Positions 1 through 9,351 of a DNA stretch of 64,000 nt are shown in pieces. Where the stretch lies: NCBI GenBank assembly GCA_036262935.1, contig DATAHW010000089.1, forward strand, positions 16,084-80,083. Direction: 5' to 3'. The position numbers were made by a program, and so were the translations under genes. Under the pieces are notes generated by a model, which was given only the letters and a program-made list of their open reading frames with translations, made no database searches and was not told the origin of the DNA. This DNA comes from Gemmatimonadales bacterium. GTDB taxonomy: Bacteria > Gemmatimonadota > Gemmatimonadetes > Gemmatimonadales > GWC2-71-9. The number at the start of each line of letters is the position of its first letter. The stretch's first letter is position 1.

Positions 1-787
1 AGGTCACCCCATAGCTCCGGGTCTGCCCGTCCAGCGTGATCGTCCGGGTGCCGCCCCACGAGCAGCAGTCCAGCACCGCGTTGAACTGCATGTTGATCCC
101 GTAGTACTGCGGAAAGTCGACGGCGGCATCGGCTGCGGCGATGCAGTCGGTGGCAAGCGCGTTCAGATCCGCCGTCGTCGAGGAGACGTAGTGGGCGCGG
201 GGCTGTGGCAGGGTGTACCACCCCATCGCCGTGCTGCCCAGAACGTTCATCTGGCCGAACGATTGTTCGGGCCAGTGGTGGTTGAGGCCGGGGTAGGCGG
301 TGCCGGCGGCCCAGGTCTGATAGGTGGCGAGCGGATGCGGCTCGCTCGAGACGTCCGAGAACTTGCAGCCGATCGTGATGTACGCATAGGAGCCGATTCT
401 CGGAGGCGCGGCGGCCGCGGTCGCGGCGCCGGGCGCGGACTCCAGTGCGATGGACCGCGCCTGCAGCCGGCCGCTCGCGGTGCGCTCTCCCGCGACGCGT
501 ACCCGCTTCCGGTCCAGCGCCAGCGGCCCGCCCAACTCAGCCACGTTGCTCGCCTCCAGCGAGAGCTCGGTGACATGCCCCTGGTCGTCCACCAGCTCGT
601 GCCGCACGCGCGCGGAGCCGATGGCGCCTCGCGGATCGCCCCAGCGGGTGTGGAACCAGCCGGTGAGCTGACGCGACGCCGTCTGCTGCAGTTGGGGTGA
701 ATGCTCGTCACTGGGAGTCGTGGTCTCGTCGCGGCACGCCGTCAGCCCGGCGGCGAGTGCCAGGGCCACCAACGCAGATTTGCTCAT
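1..787 (-). CDS. Lipoprotein, N-terminal part only (gene runs off the left edge). Function unknown, with faint resemblance to secreted metallopeptidase N-terminal regions.
   Basis: Not in the ORF track because there is no stop in the window. My translation of the complement from ATG 787 reads MSKSALVALALAAGLTACRDETTTP, a signal peptide plus lipobox LTAC. GAGGAG lies 5 nt upstream. The GC3-rich frame stays open to position 1. Confidence 0.7.
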   Translation of the reverse strand, partial: MSKSALVALALAAGLTACRDETTTPSDEHSPQLQQTASRQLTGWFHTRWGDPRGAIGSARVRHELVDDQGHVTELSLEASNVAELGGPLALDRKRVRVAGERTASGRLQARSIALESAPGAATAAAAPPRIGSYAYITIGCKFSDVSSEPHPLATYQTWAAGTAYPGLNHHWPEQSFGQMNVLGSTAMGWYTLPQPRAHYVSSTTADLNALATDCIAAADAAVDFPQYYGINMQFNAVLDCCSWGGTRTITLDGQTRSYGVT

Positions 788-929
788 GGCGTCTCCTCGC
801 TCCGTCGGAGCCGTCCGGCCGCGGCTGGGACACAGCGGCATGGGGTGAAGCATCGGATGTGATTGCGTTGATATAAAACGGGTGGGACGAGCAGTTTTGC
901 GGCGGCGCGACCACCCGCCGCCCCTCCGG

Positions 930-1775
930 TCAGCCCCCAGGCTCCAGCCGGTCCCGGACTGCGTCGCCCAGCAGCGTGGCCGCCACCACCACCACCACCA
1001 GCGCCACGCCCGGTGCCGTGGCCACCCAGGGCGCGTTGACCAGCGTGTCACGCCCCGAGGCGATCAGGTTGCCCCAGGACGGGGTCGGCGGCTGCACGCC
1101 GAGGCCGAGGAACGAGAGCCCCGCCTCGAGCAGGATCGCGTTGCCGAGGCCGAGCGCCGCCGCGACGATCACCGGCGTGAGCGCGTTCGGCAGGATGTGC
1201 CGCAGCAGGATGCGGAGGTCGCGCGCGCCCAGTCCCGTCGCGCTCTCCACGAACGGCCGCGCGCTCAGCGCCCGCACTTCCGCATGGACCAGCCGCGCGA
1301 TGGTCATCCACCCCGTGAGCCCCAGCACCACGATCGTGAGCCCCGCGCTCGGCTGCCAGAGCGAGGCGAGCAGCAGGAGCAGCACCACACGCGGCAGCGC
1401 GAGCGCGAAATCGGTCACGCCGAGGAGCGTCACCCCGACCCACCCGCGCCAGTAACCCGCCGCCGCGCCCACCGCCATGCCGATGGCGACCGAGAGCACC
1501 GTCGCCAGGGCACCCACGCCGAGCGAGACCCGGGCGCCGTACACCAGCCGCGCCCACACGTCGCGGCCGAAGCGATCGGTGCCGAGCAGGTGAAAGCTCC
1601 CCTGCAGGTCCCTGGCGAGCGGCGGCAGGAACCGGGTGGCCACGAGGTCGTGCTGCGCGATCGGGTCGCCCGCGAGCAGCGGGGCCAGCAGGGCCGCGAG
1701 CACCGCGAGGGCCAGCAGGGCGGCGCCGGCACGTGCGCGGCGGTCATCGAGGAGCCTCCGGGCCTCGCCTCTCAT
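930..1775 (-). CDS. ABC transporter permease, Opp/Dpp family (DppC/OppC-like)
   Basis: C-terminal part of ORF 930..2447. It has multiple TM segments and an N-terminal DppC-type motif (HLLGTDRFGRDVWARLVYGARVSL). ATG 1775 overlaps the upstream stop as ATGA. The longer track ORF is an R/G-rich over-extension. Confidence 0.9.
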   Translation of the reverse strand: MRGEARRLLDDRRARAGAALLALAVLAALLAPLLAGDPIAQHDLVATRFLPPLARDLQGSFHLLGTDRFGRDVWARLVYGARVSLGVGALATVLSVAIGMAVGAAAGYWRGWVGVTLLGVTDFALALPRVVLLLLLASLWQPSAGLTIVVLGLTGWMTIARLVHAEVRALSARPFVESATGLGARDLRILLRHILPNALTPVIVAAALGLGNAILLEAGLSFLGLGVQPPTPSWGNLIASGRDTLVNAPWVATAPGVALVVVVVAATLLGDAVRDRLEPGG

Positions 1776-2725
1776 CGGGCGCGCGGATCCACCCAGCTCA
1801 CCAGCGCTTCCGCCAGCAGGTTCCCCAGCACGACGAGCACCGCGCTCACCGTCGTGGCGGCCATGACCACCGGGTAGTCGCGCGCCTGCACCCCCTCGAC
1901 CAGCACGCGGCCCACGCCGGGCCAGGCGAAGATCGCCTCGATGAACACGGCGCCGGAGAAGAGGGCGGGGAGGGAAAGGCCAAGCAGGGTGACCACGGGG
2001 ATGAGCGCGTTCCGGAGCACGTGGCGGAGCGTCACCCGCGTGTCGCTCAGGCCCTTCGACCGTGCCACGGTCACATATGGCGCGCCCGCCACGTCGAGCA
2101 TGGCGCCGCGGACGAACCGCGCCGTCCCGCCGATGCCCACCAGCGTGAGCGTGGCGAGCGGCAGCGCGAGGTGACGGAGGCGGTCGGCCACCTGAGCCGC
2201 GGGCGGCAGAAAGTCGGCATCGAGTCCCGTCGCGCCGAACGCCGGCAGCAGGCGAAACCGGTAGGTGAAGACCATCACCAGCATGAGGCCGAGCCAGTAG
2301 CCCGGCAGCGCGAACAGGGTGACGCTGGCGATCGAGAGCGCCGTGTCCAGCCGCCCTCCACGCGCGGCCTGCACCACACCCACCGCGATCCCGATGAGGT
2401 AGCTCAGCACCAGCGAGAGCCCTACCAGCTCCACCGTCGCGGGCCACGCCGCGCCGAGCATCGTCCGGACCGGGCGGCCCGAGGCGATGCTGGTGCCCCA
2501 GTCTCCGCGGGCGAAGCGGCCGAGCCAGGCGGCATACTGCGCGGTGACCGGCCGGTCGAGCCCGAGCGCGTGGCGCTGCGCCTCGAGCTGCTCGGCCGTG
2601 GCGGCCGGGCCGACCAGCAGCAGGGCGGGGTCACCCGGGGCGAGGCGGATGAGCGCGAACATCAGCGTCACGACGCCGAGCACGACGCCCAGGCCGCTGA
2701 GCGCGCGGCGAGCCAGCGGAAGCAT
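1772..2725 (-). CDS. ABC transporter permease, Opp/Dpp family (DppB/OppB-like)
   Basis: ORF 1772..2929 trimmed to M69 (MLPLARRALSGLGVVLGVVTLMFALIRLAPGDPA), a typical DppB N-terminus. It has 6 TM-like segments and is translationally coupled to the downstream permease. Confidence 0.9.
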   Translation of the reverse strand: MLPLARRALSGLGVVLGVVTLMFALIRLAPGDPALLLVGPAATAEQLEAQRHALGLDRPVTAQYAAWLGRFARGDWGTSIASGRPVRTMLGAAWPATVELVGLSLVLSYLIGIAVGVVQAARGGRLDTALSIASVTLFALPGYWLGLMLVMVFTYRFRLLPAFGATGLDADFLPPAAQVADRLRHLALPLATLTLVGIGGTARFVRGAMLDVAGAPYVTVARSKGLSDTRVTLRHVLRNALIPVVTLLGLSLPALFSGAVFIEAIFAWPGVGRVLVEGVQARDYPVVMAATTVSAVLVVLGNLLAEALVSWVDPRAR

Positions 2726-4172
2726 GGGCTGCAAGATACCTTTCGCCGTGCCCCGCTGCCTCGTCGCCCTGACGCTCTCGCTCGGCGCCCTCGCCGGCTG
2801 CCAACCCCCCGCCGCCCGGCGCGGCCCCACCGTCCTCTTCGCCTCCGGCGCCGATCTCCAGAGCATCAATCCGCTGCTCACCCTCCATCCCCTCGCGCGC
2901 CAGGTGCAGCGGTACGTCCTGTTCACCACGCTTGCCCGCTACGACTCGGCGCTGGTGCCGCGGCCGTATCTCGCGCGCGAGTGGAGCTGGTCGGCCGACG
3001 GCCGTGCGCTCACCTTCCGGCTCGCGCACGGGGTGCGCTGGCACGACGGCGCGGCCACCACGGCGCGCGATGTCCGCTGGACGCTCGATGCCGCGCGCGA
3101 TCCGGTCGTGGGCTACCCCCGCGCGGCCGAGCTCGCCGGGCTCGAGAGCGTCGCGGCGGTGGACGACTCCACGGTTACCCTCCGCTTCATCGCGCCGCCG
3201 GGCCGCGTGCCCGACGTGCTGACCGATCTCGCCATCCTCCCCGCGCACCTGCTCGATACGGTGCCACGCGAGCGGCTGCGCCGCGCGGCCTGGAACGAGC
3301 AGCCGGTCGGGAACGGTCCCTTCACGTTCGTCTCGCACCAGCCCAACCGCCGCTGGGTGTTCGCCGCCAACCCCGATTTTCCCGCCGCGCTCGGCGGCCC
3401 CCCGCGGCTCGAGCGGCTGATCCTGGTGGTCGTGGACGAGCCCGCCACCAAGCTGGCCGCGCTCACCGCCGGCGAGCTGGATTTCGCGGGGATCCAGCCG
3501 GCGCACGCGAGCTTCGTCGCGCGGGATCCGGCGCTGGCCATCCTGAGCTATCCGCTGCTCCTCACCTACGGCATCGTGCTCAACACCCGGCGGGCGCCGT
3601 TCACCGATCTCGCGACCCGGCGCCGGATCGACGCGGCGATCGACCGCCGGGAGATCGTGGACGGCTATCTGTACGGCTACGGAACGCCGGCGCGTGGCCC
3701 CGTGCCTCCAGGGGTCCCCGGCTATGTTCCGGTGGCGCCGAGCACGACACCGGCGCACAGGGCCGGGCCGCCGTTCGGGTTCGAGCTCCTGACGGTGGGG
3801 AGCGGTGAGGCGCCGCTGGAGCAGATGGTGCAGGCGCGGCTCCGCGCGGCGGGAATCGACGTCAGGATTCGCCAGCTCGAGCTGTCGGCCTTTCTGGCGC
3901 GGGTCTACGGCCCGGCGCACGACTTCGATGCCGCCGTTCTCGGGATCACCGGCGACGCGGGCCTCGCGTATCTCGGCCCGCTCGCGGCGCTCGCCGGTAT
4001 CCCCGCCCCGCGGGACCCGGTGGCCGCGCAACGGATGTTTGCGGACTCGACGCCGGTCGTCTTTCTCTATCACGCACGAGGGCTGCAGGGGATGAACCGG
4101 CGGGTACACGGGGTGACGATGGACCTGCGGGGTGAGCTGCCGACCGTGCACGACTGGTGGGTGGCGCCATGA
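2724..4172 (+). CDS. ABC transporter substrate-binding lipoprotein, family 5 (peptide/nickel/opine/oligosaccharide type)
   Basis: ORF 2487..4172 trimmed to MGCKIPFAVPRCLVALTLSLGALAGCQ (lipobox LAGC). Family-5 SBP-like sequence runs throughout (LFASGADLQSINPLL, RWHDG, VVDEPATKLAALTAGELDF). Confidence 0.88.
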   Translation: MGCKIPFAVPRCLVALTLSLGALAGCQPPAARRGPTVLFASGADLQSINPLLTLHPLARQVQRYVLFTTLARYDSALVPRPYLAREWSWSADGRALTFRLAHGVRWHDGAATTARDVRWTLDAARDPVVGYPRAAELAGLESVAAVDDSTVTLRFIAPPGRVPDVLTDLAILPAHLLDTVPRERLRRAAWNEQPVGNGPFTFVSHQPNRRWVFAANPDFPAALGGPPRLERLILVVVDEPATKLAALTAGELDFAGIQPAHASFVARDPALAILSYPLLLTYGIVLNTRRAPFTDLATRRRIDAAIDRREIVDGYLYGYGTPARGPVPPGVPGYVPVAPSTTPAHRAGPPFGFELLTVGSGEAPLEQMVQARLRAAGIDVRIRQLELSAFLARVYGPAHDFDAAVLGITGDAGLAYLGPLAALAGIPAPRDPVAAQRMFADSTPVVFLYHARGLQGMNRRVHGVTMDLRGELPTVHDWWVAP

Positions 4173-5164
4173 GCCCGGTGTTCCGCGCCGCGGCGCCGCT
4201 CCGGCTGGATTTCGCCGGCGGGTGGACCGACGTGCCGCCCTGGTCGGCCCGCGAGGGCGGCGTGGTGGTGTCCGCCGCGATCGATCTCTACGCGCACGCG
4301 GAGGTTTGGCCCGGCGGCGCCGGCTTTCGCCTCTCGGCGGAGGATCTGGGCGAGCACGCCGAGCTGCCGGATCGGGCCGCGCTCGCCGGCGACGGCCCGC
4401 TTCCGCTGCTCCGCGCCGGGCTGCGGGTCCTGCCGCTGGCCGGCTGTGCTGTCACCACGCGGTCCGACGCTCCGCCCGGCTCCGGCCTCGGGAGCTCCGG
4501 TGCGCTCGATGTCGCGCTCGTGGCCGCGCTCGCCACGGCGCGCGGGGACGCGCTCGGGGCCCGCGAGATCGCCGACCTCGCGTTCCGGCTCGAACGTCTC
4601 GAAGCGGGGATTCCCGGCGGCCGCCAGGACCAGTTCACCGCGGCGTTCGGCGGCTTTCTCCAGCTCGGCTTCCGCGATCCCGAGGTGTCGGTCACGCGAC
4701 TCGACCTCGATCCCGACTTTGTCGCCGCGCTCGAGCGTCGCATGCTCGTGGTCTACACCGGTGCCTCCCGCTTTTCCGGCGCCACCATCGGCCGGGTCAT
4801 GCAGGCGTACGAGCGGGGCGACCGGCTGGTCACGGCGGCGCTGCACGGCCTGCGCGAGACCGCCGAGCGAATGGCCGAGGCGCTCCGCGCCGGCGACCTC
4901 GCGCGCGTCGGCGCGCTCCTGAATGCCAACTGGCGGCAGCAGCAGGCGCTGGACCCCGGGATGTGTACGCCCCTCATGGCCAGGCTGGGGCAGGCCATGC
5001 GGGAGAGCGGCGCGCTCGGGGGCAAGGCCGCGGGCTCGGGCGCGGGCGGCTCGATGTTCTTTCTCGGTCCCGAAGATCCTGGCCCCGCCATCGAGGCCGC
5101 GCGCGCCATGGGAACGACGCTCCTTCCCATGCGCTGGGCCGCGACGGGGGTGCGCGCGTGCTGA
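4169..5164 (+). CDS. GHMP-family sugar kinase (heptose-7-P kinase / fucokinase-like)
   Basis: GHMP motif II PPGSGLGSSGA and C-terminal GAGGSMFFL. The start ATG overlaps the SBP stop (ATGA). Confidence 0.88.
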   Translation: MSPVFRAAAPLRLDFAGGWTDVPPWSAREGGVVVSAAIDLYAHAEVWPGGAGFRLSAEDLGEHAELPDRAALAGDGPLPLLRAGLRVLPLAGCAVTTRSDAPPGSGLGSSGALDVALVAALATARGDALGAREIADLAFRLERLEAGIPGGRQDQFTAAFGGFLQLGFRDPEVSVTRLDLDPDFVAALERRMLVVYTGASRFSGATIGRVMQAYERGDRLVTAALHGLRETAERMAEALRAGDLARVGALLNANWRQQQALDPGMCTPLMARLGQAMRESGALGGKAAGSGAGGSMFFLGPEDPGPAIEAARAMGTTLLPMRWAATGVRAC

Positions 5165-7887
5165 GCGCGCCGGAGCTCGAGGCCCGGCGCGAGCTGCTGG
5201 GCGTCTCGTCCGATCTCGCGGCGCTCGCCCGACACCTCGCGGAGCGGGCGGCCCCGCTCCTCGCGCGCACTGCCCTCGTTCCCTCGGCCAAGGCGCTGCT
5301 CTCGGCCGACGGCGGCGTCTGCGCCGGGGACGGCGCGGCGCTCGTGTTCGACCCCTGGAGCCCCTCCGATCACCGCTGCCCGCGCTGCGGGCGCGCCCAC
5401 ACCGGCGAGCGGCACGATCAGGCCTGGGCGCGCTTCCAGCACCTCTGGCTCGGAGAGCGCGCCGCCACGCTCGCCACGCTCGCCGCGCTCACGGGGCACG
5501 AGGGCGCCGCCGAGGGGGCATCCCGGATTCTCTCGGCCTACGCCGCCTCGTATACCGACTTCCCCAATCGCGACAACGTGCTCGGCCCCGCCCGGCTGTT
5601 CTTCTCGACCTATCTCGAGTCCATCTGGATCACCAACTACGTCGCGGCCGCCGTGCTGCTCCGCGAGAGCGGCCACCTGGCGGATGACGTGGCCGAGGGC
5701 GTGGGACTGGTCGCGGAGGAAGCGGCCAACATCATCGGCGAGTTCGACGAAGGCTTCTCCAACCGGCAGACATGGCACAACGCCGCGCTCGCCGCCATCG
5801 CCGTCTGGTTCGAGGACGAGGAGCTCATGGCCCGGGCGGTCCAGGCGGCCAGCGGGATGCTCCCGCACCTGGTCCAGGGATTCGGCGAGGACGGGATGTG
5901 GTACGAGGGCGAGAACTATCATCTGTTCGCGCTGCGCGGGCAGCTCGTCGGCATGGGGTGGGCCCGGCAGGCCGGCGTGGAGCTGCTCGAGGACGAGCGG
6001 CTCGCCGCGCGCCTGGCCGCGGCGCTCCGCGCGCCCGCGATCAGCGCCCTCCCCGACCACACGTTCCCTGCCCGCAAGGACTCGCGCTTCGGCCTGTCGC
6101 TCGCGCAGCCGATGTACCTCGAGCTCTGGGAGGTGGGCCTCGCCCGCCTGGGCGACCCCGACTCCGAGCTCTGGAGCTGGCTCCGGGAGCTGTACGCGGC
6201 ACCCTCGCCGCGCGCCGAGACGTTCGACTCGTATCTTCACGAAGCGGGAGAGCCCGCGCCCGCGCTGCCTCGGACGCGCGCCGGCCTCTCCTGGTGGGCG
6301 CTCCTCGAAATGGTGCCCGAGCTGCCGGCGACCGCGCCGCCGTGGTCGCCCGGGCCCGCGCTGCTCGAGGGTCAGGGGCTCGCGATCCTGCGGGACGGTG
6401 CGCGCTACGCGAGCCTCGAGTGCGGCAGGTTCGGCGGCGCCCACGGCCACCCCGACCGCCTGCACCTCACGCTCCACGCCGATGGGCAGCTCTGGCTCGC
6501 CGATCCCGGCACCGGCTCGTACGTGAGTCCCGAGCTCTTCTGGTATCGCTCGACCCTGGCCCACAACGCGCCGCGGCTCGAGGGGCGCTCCCAGCCGCCG
6601 GGCGACGCCCAATGCGAAGCATTCGACGTGCAGGAGGGCTGGAGCTGGGCGCGCGGCCGCTATGGCGCGCTCACCCGCACGCTCGTGGCAGGTCCGTACC
6701 TGCTCGACGTGGTGGAGTTCAACGGCGCCGAGGACCAGATGCTCGAGCTGCCCTGGCACCTGCCGGGCCCTGTCGAGGTCGTCACGCCGGGGGACTGGAC
6801 CCCCGACCGCATCGCCGGCGAGTTCGTGGAGGCGGCCGAGCGCTTTACCGGCGCCACGGCCGGCGGCGTCAGCCTGCGTGCGACCGCTCCGGGCGGCGCG
6901 ACGCTCACTCTCCATCTCCGCTTCGAGGGTGAGCTGCTGCGGGCGAGCGCCCCCGGCCGGCCGGACCGGCCCGACCGGGCCACGTTCTATCTCGTCCGCT
7001 CGCACGGCCGCGCGATCCGGCTCGTCTCCGTGCTGGAGCCCGCCGGGGCCGTGCCCGCCGTCCGCTCCGTGTCTACCGAGGGCGGTGCGATTCTGGTAGC
7101 CACGGAAGCCGGTACCGACCGCCACCTCGCCACGGCCGAAGGCTGGGAGGTGGGAGGTGCCGCGGAGTCCGTGCGCCTCGGCGGCGCCCGGCGCGCGCCG
7201 GTCACGCCAAGAAAGCTGATCGACCTCGAGCGGCCAACGCCGGTCACCGGGATCGCGCCCCACGTCTCGCCTGCGCCAGCGCTCGATGGCACGCTCGACG
7301 GCTTCGATGCCGGCGAGCCTCTGGCCCTCGACCACGAGGACCAGTACCGCCGCAGCGAGGAGCCGTACCCCGGTCCGGAGGAGCTCTCCGCCACGCTGCT
7401 CGCCAATTGGGATGAGGAGGGTCTCTATCTCGGCGTCGACGTGGTGAAGTCGGAGGTGGTCGTCCGCCCCGGCGATGCGCCGCCGCTCCGGCTCGACAAC
7501 GAGCCGGACGACATCCACGCCGACGGGCTTCAGGTCTATCTCCGGCCCGCCCCCGATGGGCCGGTCTACGGCTTTCTCGTCGTCCTCTCGGACGAGGCGG
7601 GCGGGGTGCGGGTGCAAGTCACGCCGGGGAGCGCCGGCACGCCCGACATGGTGACCGGAGCCTGGCGGCGCACCGAAACGGGTTATGCCGTGACCCTCCG
7701 CATCGCGCCACCCGAGTGGAATTCGCGCGGAGACGACGTGCTCGGCTTCGACGTCCTGGTGAACGAGATGCGCCCGGGGCGTCTCCGCCGCGCGGGGCAG
7801 CTCGTCTGGAGCGGCGGGGGCGGCTGGGTGTATCTCCGCGGCGATCGCCAGCCGGCGGAAAGCTTCGGCGTGCTGGAGCTCGAGTGA
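5158..7887 (+). CDS. Heparinase II/III-like (polysaccharide-lyase fold) protein with a C-terminal CBM9/DOMON-like carbohydrate-binding domain; cytoplasmic (no signal peptide)
   Basis: In-frame GTG 5158 overlaps the kinase stop (GTGCTGA). Motifs include HGHPDRLHLTLHADG, WYRSTLAHNAP and an N-terminal CPRCG ribbon. The C-terminus resembles CBM9 (LDGTLDGFDAGEPL, ADGLQVYL). Track ORF 4132..7887 is over-extended. Confidence 0.8.
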   Translation: MLSAPELEARRELLGVSSDLAALARHLAERAAPLLARTALVPSAKALLSADGGVCAGDGAALVFDPWSPSDHRCPRCGRAHTGERHDQAWARFQHLWLGERAATLATLAALTGHEGAAEGASRILSAYAASYTDFPNRDNVLGPARLFFSTYLESIWITNYVAAAVLLRESGHLADDVAEGVGLVAEEAANIIGEFDEGFSNRQTWHNAALAAIAVWFEDEELMARAVQAASGMLPHLVQGFGEDGMWYEGENYHLFALRGQLVGMGWARQAGVELLEDERLAARLAAALRAPAISALPDHTFPARKDSRFGLSLAQPMYLELWEVGLARLGDPDSELWSWLRELYAAPSPRAETFDSYLHEAGEPAPALPRTRAGLSWWALLEMVPELPATAPPWSPGPALLEGQGLAILRDGARYASLECGRFGGAHGHPDRLHLTLHADGQLWLADPGTGSYVSPELFWYRSTLAHNAPRLEGRSQPPGDAQCEAFDVQEGWSWARGRYGALTRTLVAGPYLLDVVEFNGAEDQMLELPWHLPGPVEVVTPGDWTPDRIAGEFVEAAERFTGATAGGVSLRATAPGGATLTLHLRFEGELLRASAPGRPDRPDRATFYLVRSHGRAIRLVSVLEPAGAVPAVRSVSTEGGAILVATEAGTDRHLATAEGWEVGGAAESVRLGGARRAPVTPRKLIDLERPTPVTGIAPHVSPAPALDGTLDGFDAGEPLALDHEDQYRRSEEPYPGPEELSATLLANWDEEGLYLGVDVVKSEVVVRPGDAPPLRLDNEPDDIHADGLQVYLRPAPDGPVYGFLVVLSDEAGGVRVQVTPGSAGTPDMVTGAWRRTETGYAVTLRIAPPEWNSRGDDVLGFDVLVNEMRPGRLRRAGQLVWSGGGGWVYLRGDRQPAESFGVLELE

Positions 7888-9050
7888 ACGGGGCCCTTGC
7901 GGGCATCACGTCCACCGGCAGCAAGCGGCCGGAGGCGCTGTTCGGCGGGACGGTGGCCGGCGTGCCGCGCGCGATGGTCCGCTCGTCGGGCTGCCGGGTG
8001 TGGGATGCCGACGGCCGCGAGTACGTGGACTTCATCATGGCGCTCGGCGCGGTCGCGCTGGGGTACGCGCACCCGGCGGTCACCGAGGCCGCGGTGCGCG
8101 CAGTCGCGGACGGTGTCGTCGGACCGCTGCCGCCGGTGCTGGAGGAGGAGCTGGCGGAGCAGCTTCGCGCGCTGATCCCGTGGGTCGAACAGGTGCGGTT
8201 CCTCAAGACCGGCGCGGAGGCGATGGCCGCCGCGGTGCGTCTGGCGCGCACGGTAACCGGCCGCGATGCCGTGCTGGGCTGCGGCTATCATGGCTGGCTC
8301 GACTGGTCGCAGGGCCCGGACGCGTCCGGCGTGCCGGCGTCCACGCGGGCGCTCTACGCCGAGCTGCCGTTCAACGATCCCGAGCGGACCCGCGAGCGCA
8401 TTCGCCAGGCGGGCAGCACCCTCGCTGCGGTGGTGTTCGAGCCGGTGATCCTCGGCCCCCCCGACCCCGAGTGGCTCGCGGTACTCCGAGAGGAGAGCAC
8501 CCGGAGCGGCGCGATCCTCATCGCGGACGAGATCAAGACCATCGGCCGACTGGCACTGGGCGGCGGCGCGGAGCGGTTCGGCTACCGTCCGGACCTGGTG
8601 GTGATGGCCAAGGCGATTGCCAACGGCTTCCCGCTCGCCGCCGTCGGTGGCCGCCGCGACATCATGGCGGCGGTGTCGCGGACCTGGATCTCCTCGACGC
8701 TCGCCACCGAATGGGTGTCGCTGGCGGCGGCGCGGGCGACGCTGCGCATCATGGTGGAACAGGGCGCGCCCGCCCGGCTCGGGGAGCTCGGCACGCGGCT
8801 CCTGGGCGGCTTGGGCGAGCTCGCGGCGCGGTACCCCGGAGTCGTGCGCCGGGCCGCCGGGCTGCCGGAGATGTGCTGCTTCGAGTTTCACGAGCCGCCA
8901 ACGGGAGCGGCGCTCGCGGTGGAGGCGGCGCGGCGGGGCGTGCTGTTCAAACGGTCGGCGTACAACTTCGTGTCGCTGGCGCACGACGAGGCGGTGATCG
9001 ACGGCGCGCTCGGCGTGCTGGATGAGTCGCTGCGCACGATCGTCCGGTAG
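7884..9050 (+). CDS. Class-III PLP aminotransferase (glutamate-1-semialdehyde aminomutase-like)
   Basis: GTG 7884 overlaps the previous stop (GTGA). Motifs include DADGREYVDF, FLKTGAEAM, ILIADEIKT and the PLP-lysine context VVMAKAIANGFPLAAVGG. Confidence 0.88.
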   Translation: MNGALAGITSTGSKRPEALFGGTVAGVPRAMVRSSGCRVWDADGREYVDFIMALGAVALGYAHPAVTEAAVRAVADGVVGPLPPVLEEELAEQLRALIPWVEQVRFLKTGAEAMAAAVRLARTVTGRDAVLGCGYHGWLDWSQGPDASGVPASTRALYAELPFNDPERTRERIRQAGSTLAAVVFEPVILGPPDPEWLAVLREESTRSGAILIADEIKTIGRLALGGGAERFGYRPDLVVMAKAIANGFPLAAVGGRRDIMAAVSRTWISSTLATEWVSLAAARATLRIMVEQGAPARLGELGTRLLGGLGELAARYPGVVRRAAGLPEMCCFEFHEPPTGAALAVEAARRGVLFKRSAYNFVSLAHDEAVIDGALGVLDESLRTIVR

Positions 9051-9159
9051 GCTCACCGCCGTGTGACTCGCGTTAGATTGCGCTCATGCTGCCGTACGAT
9101 CCGGAACGCACCCGGCGCTCGGCGACAGGTGCACGCATACACGAGGTGAGGAGGCCCCC

Positions 9160-9345
9160 ATGTCCCCGAGAAAACCCACGATCGACGACACCGACGACGT
9201 CGACGATGAAGATGGCGAGCTGGTGGAAGACGTGAATCGCGAGACCGACCTGACGCTCGAGCCGGAAGATGCCGACGACGTCGGCATGGGTGGCGACACC
9301 GAGACCGCCGAAGAGGAGGAGCTGGGCGGCGAGGCGGAGAGGTAG
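9160..9345 (+). CDS. Small hyper-acidic protein (61 aa), unknown function
   Basis: Strong SD (gaggaggccccc-ATG). The sequence is dominated by D/E (DDTDDVDDEDGELVEDV, TETAEEEELGGEAE). It ends 6 nt before the next gene and shows GC3-biased codons. Confidence 0.6.
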   Translation: MSPRKPTIDDTDDVDDEDGELVEDVNRETDLTLEPEDADDVGMGGDTETAEEEELGGEAER

Positions 9346-9351
9346 TCTCGG

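Noticed and set aside
4132-5157. N-terminal extensions of track ORFs (4132..7887, 13778..17320, 9486..10925, 58123..60672, 930..2447, 54209..55519, 55651..56373)
   Set aside because: The extended parts overlap well-supported upstream genes in another frame and are R/P-rich. In-frame ATG/GTG starts that overlap the preceding stop codon, or that have an SD and signal peptide, give proteins with canonical N-termini.
2631-7617. Very long antisense ORFs (for example 2631..4151 -, 4753..7617 -; likewise 14660..17461 -, 23605..25290 -, 27019..28626 -, 32115..34139 -, 58945..60912 -)
   Set aside because: These are typical stop-codon-poor shadow frames of about 70% GC DNA. Their translations are R/G/P/A/H-rich low-complexity strings with no motifs, while the opposite strand carries clear family signatures, coupled starts and GC3 bias.
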